DNA of 64,000 nucleotides from Archaeoglobaceae archaeon (GTDB taxonomy: Archaea; Halobacteriota; Archaeoglobi; Archaeoglobales; Archaeoglobaceae), in the NCBI GenBank assembly GCA_027036775.1, contig JALWDS010000044.1, forward strand, positions 6,260 to 70,259, given 5' to 3'. Position numbers and translations under genes: made by a program. A model generated the notes under the pieces. The model saw only the letters and a program-made list of their open reading frames with translations, was not told the origin of the DNA and searched no databases. Each line of letters starts with the position of its first letter. Position 1 is the stretch's first letter. Positions 8,640 to 15,816 of the stretch are shown here, one piece after another.

Positions 8640-9170
8640 TTATCTTCTTACAGTATCGATATAGGAGTTAATATTGTAGCGACCGGTGTAATAGACATAT
8701 AAGTAGTTTGGTTTGCCTACGTATTTTCCGGAAAATGGATTGAGGTATTTGTCTCTGTAGGATTTGCAATCGAAATTCTTAACAGTAACTATCATTGAAG
8801 GTGTGGCGAATCTTGGATAAGCTGGAGTTTCTACTGAAAATTTGTCATCTAATATTTTAGCGCAGTCCATGTACTCTTTTCTTAGTGGTAGATCCACCTC
8901 ATTGCCTCTGGCTATAATCTTGCAGAATGTTACATTTACATATTTCGTAAGATTTCTGGCAATCTTAAGTGCTTCTTTATCTGCGGGGGTGTTTGCATAG
9001 AAGAAATATACATGGATTGTTTGGTTTGGATAGAGTCTATCTCTGAGTTTAGGTGTTAAGGTTTGAGTTGGAAAATTGGTAATTATTTTTGTAGTTGTGC
9101 AAGGAGTTACAGTAAAATGTGGAATTGTTTTCTCGGTGTGGTTTATAGTAGGTGTTATTATCTTCTTCAA
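8640..9170 (-). CDS. Hypothetical protein with Thr-rich linker and possible thioredoxin-like fold lacking CxxC; probably 5'-truncated
   Basis: 176-aa ORF; HVYFFYANTP and FATPSMIV segments; TTG start directly after a stop codon. Confidence 0.4.
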   Translation of the reverse strand: MKKIITPTINHTEKTIPHFTVTPCTTTKIITNFPTQTLTPKLRDRLYPNQTIHVYFFYANTPADKEALKIARNLTKYVNVTFCKIIARGNEVDLPLRKEYMDCAKILDDKFSVETPAYPRFATPSMIVTVKNFDCKSYRDKYLNPFSGKYVGKPNYLYVYYTGRYNINSYIDTVRR

Positions 9171-9244
9171 CGATTATTGGTTTTCTGCACGTGAAATAGT
9201 AGATCCTATTCTACTGGGGAACAAATGAAAAATATACGGTACCA

Positions 9245-9937
9245 ATGTCAATAGACTGGCTATACGCTCAGATTACCGGCAAATTCCCCAAACCACCAGC
9301 TTACGCTAATAGAACATACCACGTTTACAACGAGGAATCGGAGAACATTACCGCTTTAGTCCTTGGCCCCAACTACATTCCAGAACCTATAACACCTCTC
9401 AACCCTAACAACGTTAAGATGATTATCTACGCGGATTCGAGAGGGATAAACGATGAATTCTTCATACCCTTGATGGACAACTACACGAAGAAAATAAGAG
9501 AAATAATACCAAATGCAAAATTCATCAAGATAGTAGACTGGAGCGCTTATTACCACCGCAAATACATAATCACTGATCCACCCGGATATGAGAACTATTG
9601 GGACAAGTATGTTATACCATGCACTAAATTTTACGATTATAGATCAAACAAATGGCTCCTAGACTTTCCAAGCATAATTCTAATTATGAAAAACGGTTCC
9701 TACAAGACCTACTCTGGATTGGATTCCTATAAAGATTACTTTGAAGTTGTAAGGAGTACTGGATACAGAGACAACCTAATAGCACACCCACCAATTGACA
9801 AGTTATTCTTAGATATTAAAGCATACTACGAAAAAAAGAAAGATACTGCCAAAGTCGAAATGATCAATAAAGTAATCAAAGAACTAAAAGAAATTAAAGA
9901 AATAATCAAAGAAAACTACGATAAACAACATCCATAA
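9245..9937 (+). CDS. Hypothetical protein, possible thioredoxin-like fold lacking CxxC; possibly 5'-truncated
   Basis: 230-aa ORF; MIIYADS and DFPSIILI segments; reading frame extends upstream (ILFYWGTNEKYTVP) to a stop. Confidence 0.5.
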   Translation: MSIDWLYAQITGKFPKPPAYANRTYHVYNEESENITALVLGPNYIPEPITPLNPNNVKMIIYADSRGINDEFFIPLMDNYTKKIREIIPNAKFIKIVDWSAYYHRKYIITDPPGYENYWDKYVIPCTKFYDYRSNKWLLDFPSIILIMKNGSYKTYSGLDSYKDYFEVVRSTGYRDNLIAHPPIDKLFLDIKAYYEKKKDTAKVEMINKVIKELKEIKEIIKENYDKQHP

Positions 9938-9984
9938 TTTTTTATAACTTTCAATATTTTACTTTTTTAATTAATTTAACTTTT

Positions 9985-10060
9985 TTACGAATAAAAATTA
10001 ACAATGTTTTCTAAACATTTTAAAATTTTTTTCACCCCGAAAACCAAGCGGAGGTGAGAA
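9985..10060 (+). repeat. Shared upstream/leader element, copy B
   Basis: 9985-10016 matches 6098-6129 at 31/32 nt; CACCCCGAAAACCAAGCGGAGGTGAGAA at 10033-10060. Confidence 0.8.
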
Positions 10061-10353
10061 TTACGAGACTGCACGGTTTCGACGTCGAGGACGAGAAGTG
10101 CGACGGTTGCGGATGGAGAGTTAGCAAGCTTTACGTCCTCGAAGATTCGAAAGAGAATGCGAAAAAAATGCTGAACGAGATAGGATTGTGCGCTCATTGT
10201 ATCTGCGACCTCCTCGAAGAGAACGACTACCTCATAGTGCGAGACCTCGTAAAGCTCGAATGTCCGGAGTGCAAAAGAAGATTCCTTATCGAGACGAATT
10301 ACGAAGGAAACGTAACGTGTCCGTACTGCGGAGAGCTCGTCGAGTCCAATTAA
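10054..10353 (+). CDS. Small zinc-ribbon protein with four CxxC pairs
   Basis: CDGC, CAHC, CPEC, CPYC in 99 aa. Confidence 0.7.
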   Translation: MRITRLHGFDVEDEKCDGCGWRVSKLYVLEDSKENAKKMLNEIGLCAHCICDLLEENDYLIVRDLVKLECPECKRRFLIETNYEGNVTCPYCGELVESN

Positions 10354-10431
10354 CTTATCACGATTTTTTATTTTACAATTTTTATTTATAGTTTTTTTCC
10401 ACCCCAAACCCGAGCGGAGGTGAGAAAAGAA

Positions 10432-11190
10432 ATGAACGAGATGTGGTTGAGAATCTCGGAAAGAGATTGGCAGAAGTACACGGGAGAAGTTAAGAGCGTC
10501 GAAGCGGGAGTGGAACTAACCCCGGAGTTCGTTAAAAAGGTGAACGAGATTTCGAACGGAAACGTGTTCTTCGTGGAAACGAGGGACGGGATTAAGATTA
10601 CCTACGCTTGCGGTCGCGGAAGTTACTACAAAGCGGAGGAGAAACTCAGAAAGTTAATAGAAAAATTCGTAATAGAACGGATAGCTAAGAACAACTACGA
10701 AAGAATCGGAGAGAACATGATTAAGATAAAAGAACCGATCACAACGGAGAACGTCGATCTAACTGAATTCAGCGAACTGATTAAGAAAATCGAAGAGGAA
10801 ATCAAGAGAGAGGAAGAAATTAAAAGGAAGATAAAAGAACTCAGAAAGAGGTTAGAGGAAAAACTTTCCCAGAAGATCGATAACTACGAGATTCGCAGTA
10901 ACGGGATCGACGTCACGATAAAGGGTGTAACGATCTATGTTCCGTTCAAGGACTTGGAAGAAGCTATCAAAGAGGTCGAAAACCTCGAAGAAAAGATAAT
11001 TGAGAAGCTAAAGAAAGAAATCGAATACCTCAAGAAGGAACGTGCGGAGATCGAAAGAAAGTACGAAAAGTTGTGCGAATTCGTAAGGAACAAGGGCTTA
11101 ACTAAAGATTTTCTCGAATTCTTAAAGGAAGAAAGGGAGAAAGAGGTCGAAGAGGACGTAATGGACGAGTTCGAGGAAATCTTCTACTAA
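10432..11190 (+). CDS. Coiled-coil hypothetical protein (mobile-element-like)
   Basis: GGAGGTGA RBS before ATG 10432; E/K-rich heptads; T-tract after the stop. Confidence 0.7.
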   Translation: MNEMWLRISERDWQKYTGEVKSVEAGVELTPEFVKKVNEISNGNVFFVETRDGIKITYACGRGSYYKAEEKLRKLIEKFVIERIAKNNYERIGENMIKIKEPITTENVDLTEFSELIKKIEEEIKREEEIKRKIKELRKRLEEKLSQKIDNYEIRSNGIDVTIKGVTIYVPFKDLEEAIKEVENLEEKIIEKLKKEIEYLKKERAEIERKYEKLCEFVRNKGLTKDFLEFLKEEREKEVEEDVMDEFEEIFY

Positions 11191-11206
11191 TTTTTTACGG
11201 AGCGAG

Positions 11207-11229
11207 TGATTAACCGTGGCGGTTAATCA
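11207..11229. repeat. 23-bp palindromic repeat, copy 7
   Basis: TGATTAACCGTGGCGGTTAATCA. Confidence 0.9.
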
Positions 11230-11356
11230 AACTGATAATAATAAGATACAAGTATAAATTTTACAGATTTACGAGGAGAAATTAACAGAACGAGGAGTTA
11301 ACGATTATTCAAGGAGTTTTTGATCTTTTAACCCCTTTTTAGTGGTTTTCGCAGAG

Positions 11357-11379
11357 TTATTAACTATAGCGGTTAGTCA
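11357..11379. repeat. 23-bp palindromic repeat, copy 8
   Basis: TTATTAACTATAGCGGTTAGTCA. Confidence 0.8.
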
Positions 11380-11456
11380 GAAGTTCGACGATTTCAAAAC
11401 TTTCGAGTGGTGTTCACCACTCGACGATTTCACGATTGTCGATTTGGAGTCGAAAC

Positions 11457-11479
11457 TGGTTAACCACTACGGTTATTCA
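11457..11479. repeat. 23-bp palindromic repeat, copy 9
   Basis: TGGTTAACCACTACGGTTATTCA; 11461-11481 is identical to 3148-3168. Confidence 0.85.
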
Positions 11480-11502
11480 ATGTAGTGTGGCTTAGGTGCT
11501 CT

Positions 11503-11895
11503 TCACCTTATCCAGAGTATGTCGGGATAAACACCCTCAAATTCTCTATCACCCGTGACTATAATTCCTTTTTTATCGATAGCTGTTGCGACGACGAAGG
11601 CATCCGCATAAGATAGACTATGCATAGCTTTAATCCTCCCGGCAGTTAAAGCTAAGCTCTCATTAACTTCTACGAACTCAATCGGCAACCTTTTTACAAT
11701 TGCTACGGCTTCATTAGCCTTTGCCATTCCAAATTCTCTTGCAACTATATAATAGACCTCTCCGAGATTAACGTAGTTCATGAACAGCTTTATTTCACCT
11801 TTCTCGGCCTTATCGATGATTTCTTCAACTTTATCTGCTCCTTCTTCGTTACCGAGATACGCAAGAATGGCAAAGCTATCTAAAACGTAATTCAT
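11503..11895 (-). CDS. vapC: PIN-domain toxin VapC
   Basis: YVLDSFA, NLGEV, LSYADA and TGDREF PIN motifs. Confidence 0.92.
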   Translation of the reverse strand: MNYVLDSFAILAYLGNEEGADKVEEIIDKAEKGEIKLFMNYVNLGEVYYIVAREFGMAKANEAVAIVKRLPIEFVEVNESLALTAGRIKAMHSLSYADAFVVATAIDKKGIIVTGDREFEGVYPDILWIR

Positions 11896-12122
11896 CTTTT
11901 CATCTCCCTCTCTTTCTCCTCCTTCTTATATTCGCTAATTATCTCATCTAACTTTCTCTTAAACTTTAGAAATCCTCTCCCTTTAGTCTTAGGAATAGGA
12001 ACGATAACTATTTCACCCCCAAAATCTAAAATCTCCACTTCGTTCCCAGCTTCAATCCCATACTTCCTCCTCAATTCAGCTGGCAGAACTATCTGTCCCT
12101 TAGTTGAAATTTTAACTGGCAT
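11892..12122 (-). CDS. vapB: AbrB/MazE-family antitoxin VapB
   Basis: VKISTKGQIVLPAELRRKYGI; ATGA overlap with vapC. Confidence 0.9.
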   Translation of the reverse strand: MPVKISTKGQIVLPAELRRKYGIEAGNEVEILDFGGEIVIVPIPKTKGRGFLKFKRKLDEIISEYKKEEKEREMKR

Positions 12123-12268
12123 ACCATCACCGTATAACGTTTTACCAATTTAGATATATGTTTTACTTTACGGTTATTCAAGGTAGAAAGAGCTATTCCG
12201 AGGGTTGATTAAGGGGTTGATGTCTGTTCTATTGAGAGTTTGGGGGGTTTAAAGCAGTTTCTGAAAAG

Positions 12269-13408
12269 CTATAGCGAGCTATAACATTTATATGCGTGTT
12301 TGATACCTTTTAAAGCGATAACGTAAGCGGAGGCGGTATGTTTATCCACACCTAACTTTTTCATCAGCTTTTCACCGATCTTACTCGTATTAGCTGGATT
12401 GACGTAAGAAGTTTTCAAACCGTATAAAGGTGCTTTCAATCTAGTCATTTCAATCACTCTGCTTCTAAAGGTTTGAACGGAGTAGTTGTAGTTTTTGCTA
12501 AATCTTCTACCGTTTTTAATCCAGAATAGCTTTAGCTTACCTAAAGCAGACAAATCTTCCAAGTATATTCTGTTTACTCCGTGATGGTAAGCGTACTTTA
12601 GCATTTCATGGATTTTCACACCTATCAAAGACCAAACTCTTCTTCTATGCATATTTCTCGATTTAACTTCTTTAAACCAAAACGTCTTATAATCTCTTAA
12701 TTCTCCGTTTTGATTGACAATTGCAAGGTTTATCCTATCTAAGTTTACGTCAACTCCAGCTACGTTTTTACCTTTCGGTTGATCGTGCCTTCTCATAATT
12801 TCCAAATAAAAGTCGTAGTCCACTGTAACTTGAACTTCACCATGTGTAAACAGAACTCCTTTGCGGTTACCAAATTGCTTCAATACAATCCTTGCATAAT
12901 AAGGTTGCATGTAGAACCATAAGTTTCCAAGTATTGGTTCATATCTCTTTGGAATTGTCGGTTCAACGATTACGTAGGATTTATTACCTTCAAAATCGAA
13001 TGTTAGAATTCTGAAGGATCCGTCTCCTTGGATCTTGATGTTCTGATTCATCTTTTTACTTTCCCCTTCACACTGAAACAATAACCAATTATTCCAGCTT
13101 ACGTCTTCTAATTTAACTTCGTCGAATCCAAATTCTTTGTACAATCGGTTCAACTCGTTGACAGACTCGATAACTCCGTAAACTAAATCTATCGCACCGT
13201 CAACGTATCTCCTGTTCGGTAGAATTTCGTAACCGACCTTTCGATACCTCTTATACATCGAAAATTGAGATAATGGTGGTTTACCATCTTTCAAAAACTC
13301 GTTAAAGACTTTCAGCGCTACCACTCTAAAAAGCTTAGCTGTTGAAATCAGTTTTCTCGCTATATCTCCAGATGCGTTGAACGGTAAGGTTAGGGTTATA
13401 TGTTCCAT
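12269..13408 (-). CDS. tnpB: TnpB-related RuvC-fold protein (IS200/IS605/IS607 accessory type) lacking the C-terminal zinc finger
   Basis: RuvC-I AGVDVNLD, RuvC-II YLEDL, VNPANTS, RuvC-III region VDKHTASAYVIA; no CxxC pairs. Likely leaderless start at ATG 13408 (ORF track starts at 13426). Confidence 0.8.
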   Translation of the reverse strand: MEHITLTLPFNASGDIARKLISTAKLFRVVALKVFNEFLKDGKPPLSQFSMYKRYRKVGYEILPNRRYVDGAIDLVYGVIESVNELNRLYKEFGFDEVKLEDVSWNNWLLFQCEGESKKMNQNIKIQGDGSFRILTFDFEGNKSYVIVEPTIPKRYEPILGNLWFYMQPYYARIVLKQFGNRKGVLFTHGEVQVTVDYDFYLEIMRRHDQPKGKNVAGVDVNLDRINLAIVNQNGELRDYKTFWFKEVKSRNMHRRRVWSLIGVKIHEMLKYAYHHGVNRIYLEDLSALGKLKLFWIKNGRRFSKNYNYSVQTFRSRVIEMTRLKAPLYGLKTSYVNPANTSKIGEKLMKKLGVDKHTASAYVIALKGIKHAYKCYSSL

Positions 13409-13430
13409 ATTTGGATATTCCACCAAAACG

Positions 13431-13438
13431 TTTATAAA
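13431..13438. promoter_or_regulatory. Palindromic TATA box TTTATAAA, candidate bidirectional promoter
   Basis: About 23 bp from the tnpB ATG (13408) on the minus strand and about 23 bp from the start of the GC-rich tract (13461) on the plus strand. Confidence 0.6.
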
Positions 13439-13460
13439 TCTATCGGTTGTTAGTATTAAC

Positions 13461-13540
13461 GTGCCCCGACCGTTCCGAGACCCGTAGGAGAACTGCGGTG
13501 AGGGGCGTCGGGTGTCCGTGATGACTGTCTCCGCTACAGA
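13461..13540 (+). ncRNA. Candidate structured ncRNA divergent from the tnpB-like gene
   Basis: GC-rich non-coding tract; GCCCC(13463-67)/GGGGC(13502-06) and ACCG(13469-72)/CGGT(13496-99) can pair; contains GTGATGA. Confidence 0.5.
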
Positions 13541-13543
13541 AAG

Positions 13544-13747
13544 TTATAGATTAATACAATATGTAGCGGAGATCCAGAACGGTATGGCTACAACACCGAA
13601 ACTCCTTGCAAGTTCTCTGTTTTCCAAGACGTTTACTTTGATCAGTTCGACATCTCTAAAACCTTTCAGGACCTCTTCGAGGATATTTTCAACGTCTCTG
13701 CACGACTTGCACCTTGGCGAGTAGAACTCCACCACGACCTTTTTCAT
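13544..13747 (-). pseudogene. Thioredoxin, C-terminally truncated
   Basis: MKKVVVEFYSPRCKSC...LIKVNV...FGVVAIP, then an unrelated tail and stop after 67 aa. Confidence 0.7.
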
Positions 13748-13818
13748 GTCGTTCGTTAGGTTCCACCATATAAAACTCAACCGAAAACGATATATTTTCT
13801 CCGAATTACTAATAATGA

Positions 13819-13891
13819 GCGGTCGTAGTCTAGCCTGGCAGGACACGGGCCTCCCGAGCCCGTCGCCCGGGTTCAAATCCCGGCGGCCGCA
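13819..13891 (+). tRNA. tRNA-Gly (CCC)
   Basis: Cloverleaf: acceptor GCGGTCG/CGGCCGC, anticodon arm CGGGC-CTCCCGA-GCCCG, T arm CCGGG-TTCAAAT-CCCGG, discriminator A. Confidence 0.96.
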
Positions 13892-13953
13892 TATCGAGAG
13901 TTCTTCTTATTACCACCAAAACAGATATCAAGTCGTGAGTTTAATAGAGGTAA

Positions 13954-15792
13954 GTGGTAACCTTCGGCGTTGACGTCGTTGGGAACAACAGGTATGCGTT
14001 GTTCGTGCTGGAGAGCGAAGAGGGGAAGGTGGTATCTCAGGTAAAACTCTTCAGACTTATCAGGAGGTGTAGACCGGAAATAATAGCGGTAGATAACGTT
14101 TTCGAGCTTTTCAAGTCTAAAGAAGAGCTCGTAACGTTTCTTAGAAACGCACCACCGAATACAAAGCTGATTCAAGTTGCTGGAGAACACTCCCTGCCAG
14201 CCCTATCTAAGAGGTTCGGTCTCTCTATAAACCCGAAGAATCCCATGGACGAGGCAAGGGCCTGTGCTTACCTCGCAAAGCTTGGAGTCGGTTACGAGGT
14301 TTCTGTTTTCATGGACAGAACTACGATAACCGTTTCAAGGAACAGAAGTCTGGGGAGGGGAGGTTGGAGGCAAAAGAAGTATAAGAGAAAGATTCACAAC
14401 TCCGTAAGGCAGGTTTTCAACGAGATAAAGAGAAAACTCGACGATCTCGGCTTTGAATACGTTGAAAAGGTTAGAAAGGGATTTGGGGGAATTTCGAAGG
14501 GTGTTTTACTCGTCAACGCTCCGAAGTTTAAAATCCCCATAAACTCCTTCAGATTCGGGGACGTTCAGGTCAAAGTTGAGGCGGTAGAGAAGGACAGGAT
14601 AGAGTTCATACCCCTGAGAAAATCCAAACCCTTCGTCATAGTAGGTATAGACCCGGGAACGACAACTGCGGTAGCTTTGCTCGACTTAAACGGTAACGTG
14701 CTCGACGTGAGGAGTAAGAAGGGTTGGGGATTTGGAGATGTCGTTGACTACATAACTTCTATAGGCAAGCCCGTCGTCGTTGCAACGGACAAGTCCAACC
14801 CACCCGAATTCGTCCTAAAACTTAAGGCCTCTTTCAACGCGGTTTTGTGGTGTCCGAAGGAGGATATGAGCGTCGAGAAGAAGAGGAACTTGACGTCCAA
14901 CTACAACTACCTCAACGATCACGAGAGAGATGCCATTGCGGTAGCCATCTCTGCCTACAACTCCTACAAGAACAAGATAAAGAACGTAGAGAAGAGGGTT
15001 CCCGCCGGAATAGATGTCGACTTCGTCAAGGCGGAGGTTATAAAGGGTAACTCCCTCAAGGAGATTCTTAAGGTCGAGAGGGAAGAGAGGAAGGAGAGGG
15101 TTGAGAAGAAAAAGCAGGAAACACACTCGACAAACTTGAAGGTCTTGGAGGAACTGAGAAGGGAGAATGAGATGCTTAGAAGAAAGGTCAAGGAGCTAAG
15201 CGAAGAGGTTGAGAGGTTGAGGGGCAAGATAGTCGAGATGTCCAAGGAGAGCTACGACAGGATTAGGAGGGACAACTTGGTGAGATCTCTCAGAAGCGAG
15301 ATTTCAGAGCTTAGAAGAGCTTTGAAGGAGAGGGAGGAGAGGATAAGGGAACTCGAAAGGGAGGTTGAAACTCTGAAGAAGATGAGGGTGCTCGAACTTA
15401 AGGGATGGAAGGGAGTTAAGGTGTTGAAGAAGTTCACGAGAGACGAAATAGAGGAGCTTGAAAGGGAGTTCGGAATAGAGAGGGGAGACGTTATACTCAT
15501 CCTCGATGCGAGTTGCGGTGGAAAGAGCGGTGCGGAATACCTATGCAAGAAGGAGGTAAAGGCGGTTATAGTTAAGAACGAGATGTCCCACTTGGCAAAA
15601 TCCGTTTTCGAGGAGAGAGAGATTCCGGTCATCGATTTCAAAGACGTCGAGGTCATGGAAAGCTATCCCATATCTTTGATCAACTACGAGAGCTTCGAAA
15701 GGGCTTACAAATTGGCTAAGGAGAACTTGAGGATGAGCAAGATAGATAGAATAGAGAGGCTACTGATAGAATACAAACGTAGAAACCTTTAA
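13954..15792 (+). CDS. DUF460 (COG2433) protein with RNase H-like domains and coiled coil
   Basis: IVGIDPGTTTAVA and NDHERDA motifs; long coiled coil. Confidence 0.85.
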   Translation: MVTFGVDVVGNNRYALFVLESEEGKVVSQVKLFRLIRRCRPEIIAVDNVFELFKSKEELVTFLRNAPPNTKLIQVAGEHSLPALSKRFGLSINPKNPMDEARACAYLAKLGVGYEVSVFMDRTTITVSRNRSLGRGGWRQKKYKRKIHNSVRQVFNEIKRKLDDLGFEYVEKVRKGFGGISKGVLLVNAPKFKIPINSFRFGDVQVKVEAVEKDRIEFIPLRKSKPFVIVGIDPGTTTAVALLDLNGNVLDVRSKKGWGFGDVVDYITSIGKPVVVATDKSNPPEFVLKLKASFNAVLWCPKEDMSVEKKRNLTSNYNYLNDHERDAIAVAISAYNSYKNKIKNVEKRVPAGIDVDFVKAEVIKGNSLKEILKVEREERKERVEKKKQETHSTNLKVLEELRRENEMLRRKVKELSEEVERLRGKIVEMSKESYDRIRRDNLVRSLRSEISELRRALKEREERIRELEREVETLKKMRVLELKGWKGVKVLKKFTRDEIEELEREFGIERGDVILILDASCGGKSGAEYLCKKEVKAVIVKNEMSHLAKSVFEEREIPVIDFKDVEVMESYPISLINYESFERAYKLAKENLRMSKIDRIERLLIEYKRRNL

Positions 15793-15816
15793 AATCTCGA
15801 AGGATACTTTTCGGAA

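Larger units (their letters stand above)
1300..13800. mobile_element. Accessory/genomic island between the cas genes and tRNA-Gly (boundaries approximate)
   Basis: AT-rich spacers, orphan ORFs, several pseudogenes, a TA pair, IS605-family elements and dispersed palindromes. No integrase or att duplication seen in the window. Confidence 0.6.

Noticed and set aside
1482..11479. 23-bp palindromes as a CRISPR array or classical integron attC sites
   Set aside because: Spacing ranges from 37 bp to about 8 kb and the centres vary. They are much shorter than attC sites and do not fully match RYYYAAC/GTTRRRY.
13819..13891. tRNA-Gly as the attachment site of the island
   Set aside because: No partial tRNA duplication or integrase is visible in the window, and the island lies on the tRNA 5' side. 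Cannot be excluded without upstream sequence.
13512..14190. ORFs 13512..13724, 13746..13973, 13873..14190 and the long N-terminus of 13544..13876
   Set aside because: They overlap the tRNA, the thioredoxin remnant or the DUF460 gene; no motifs.
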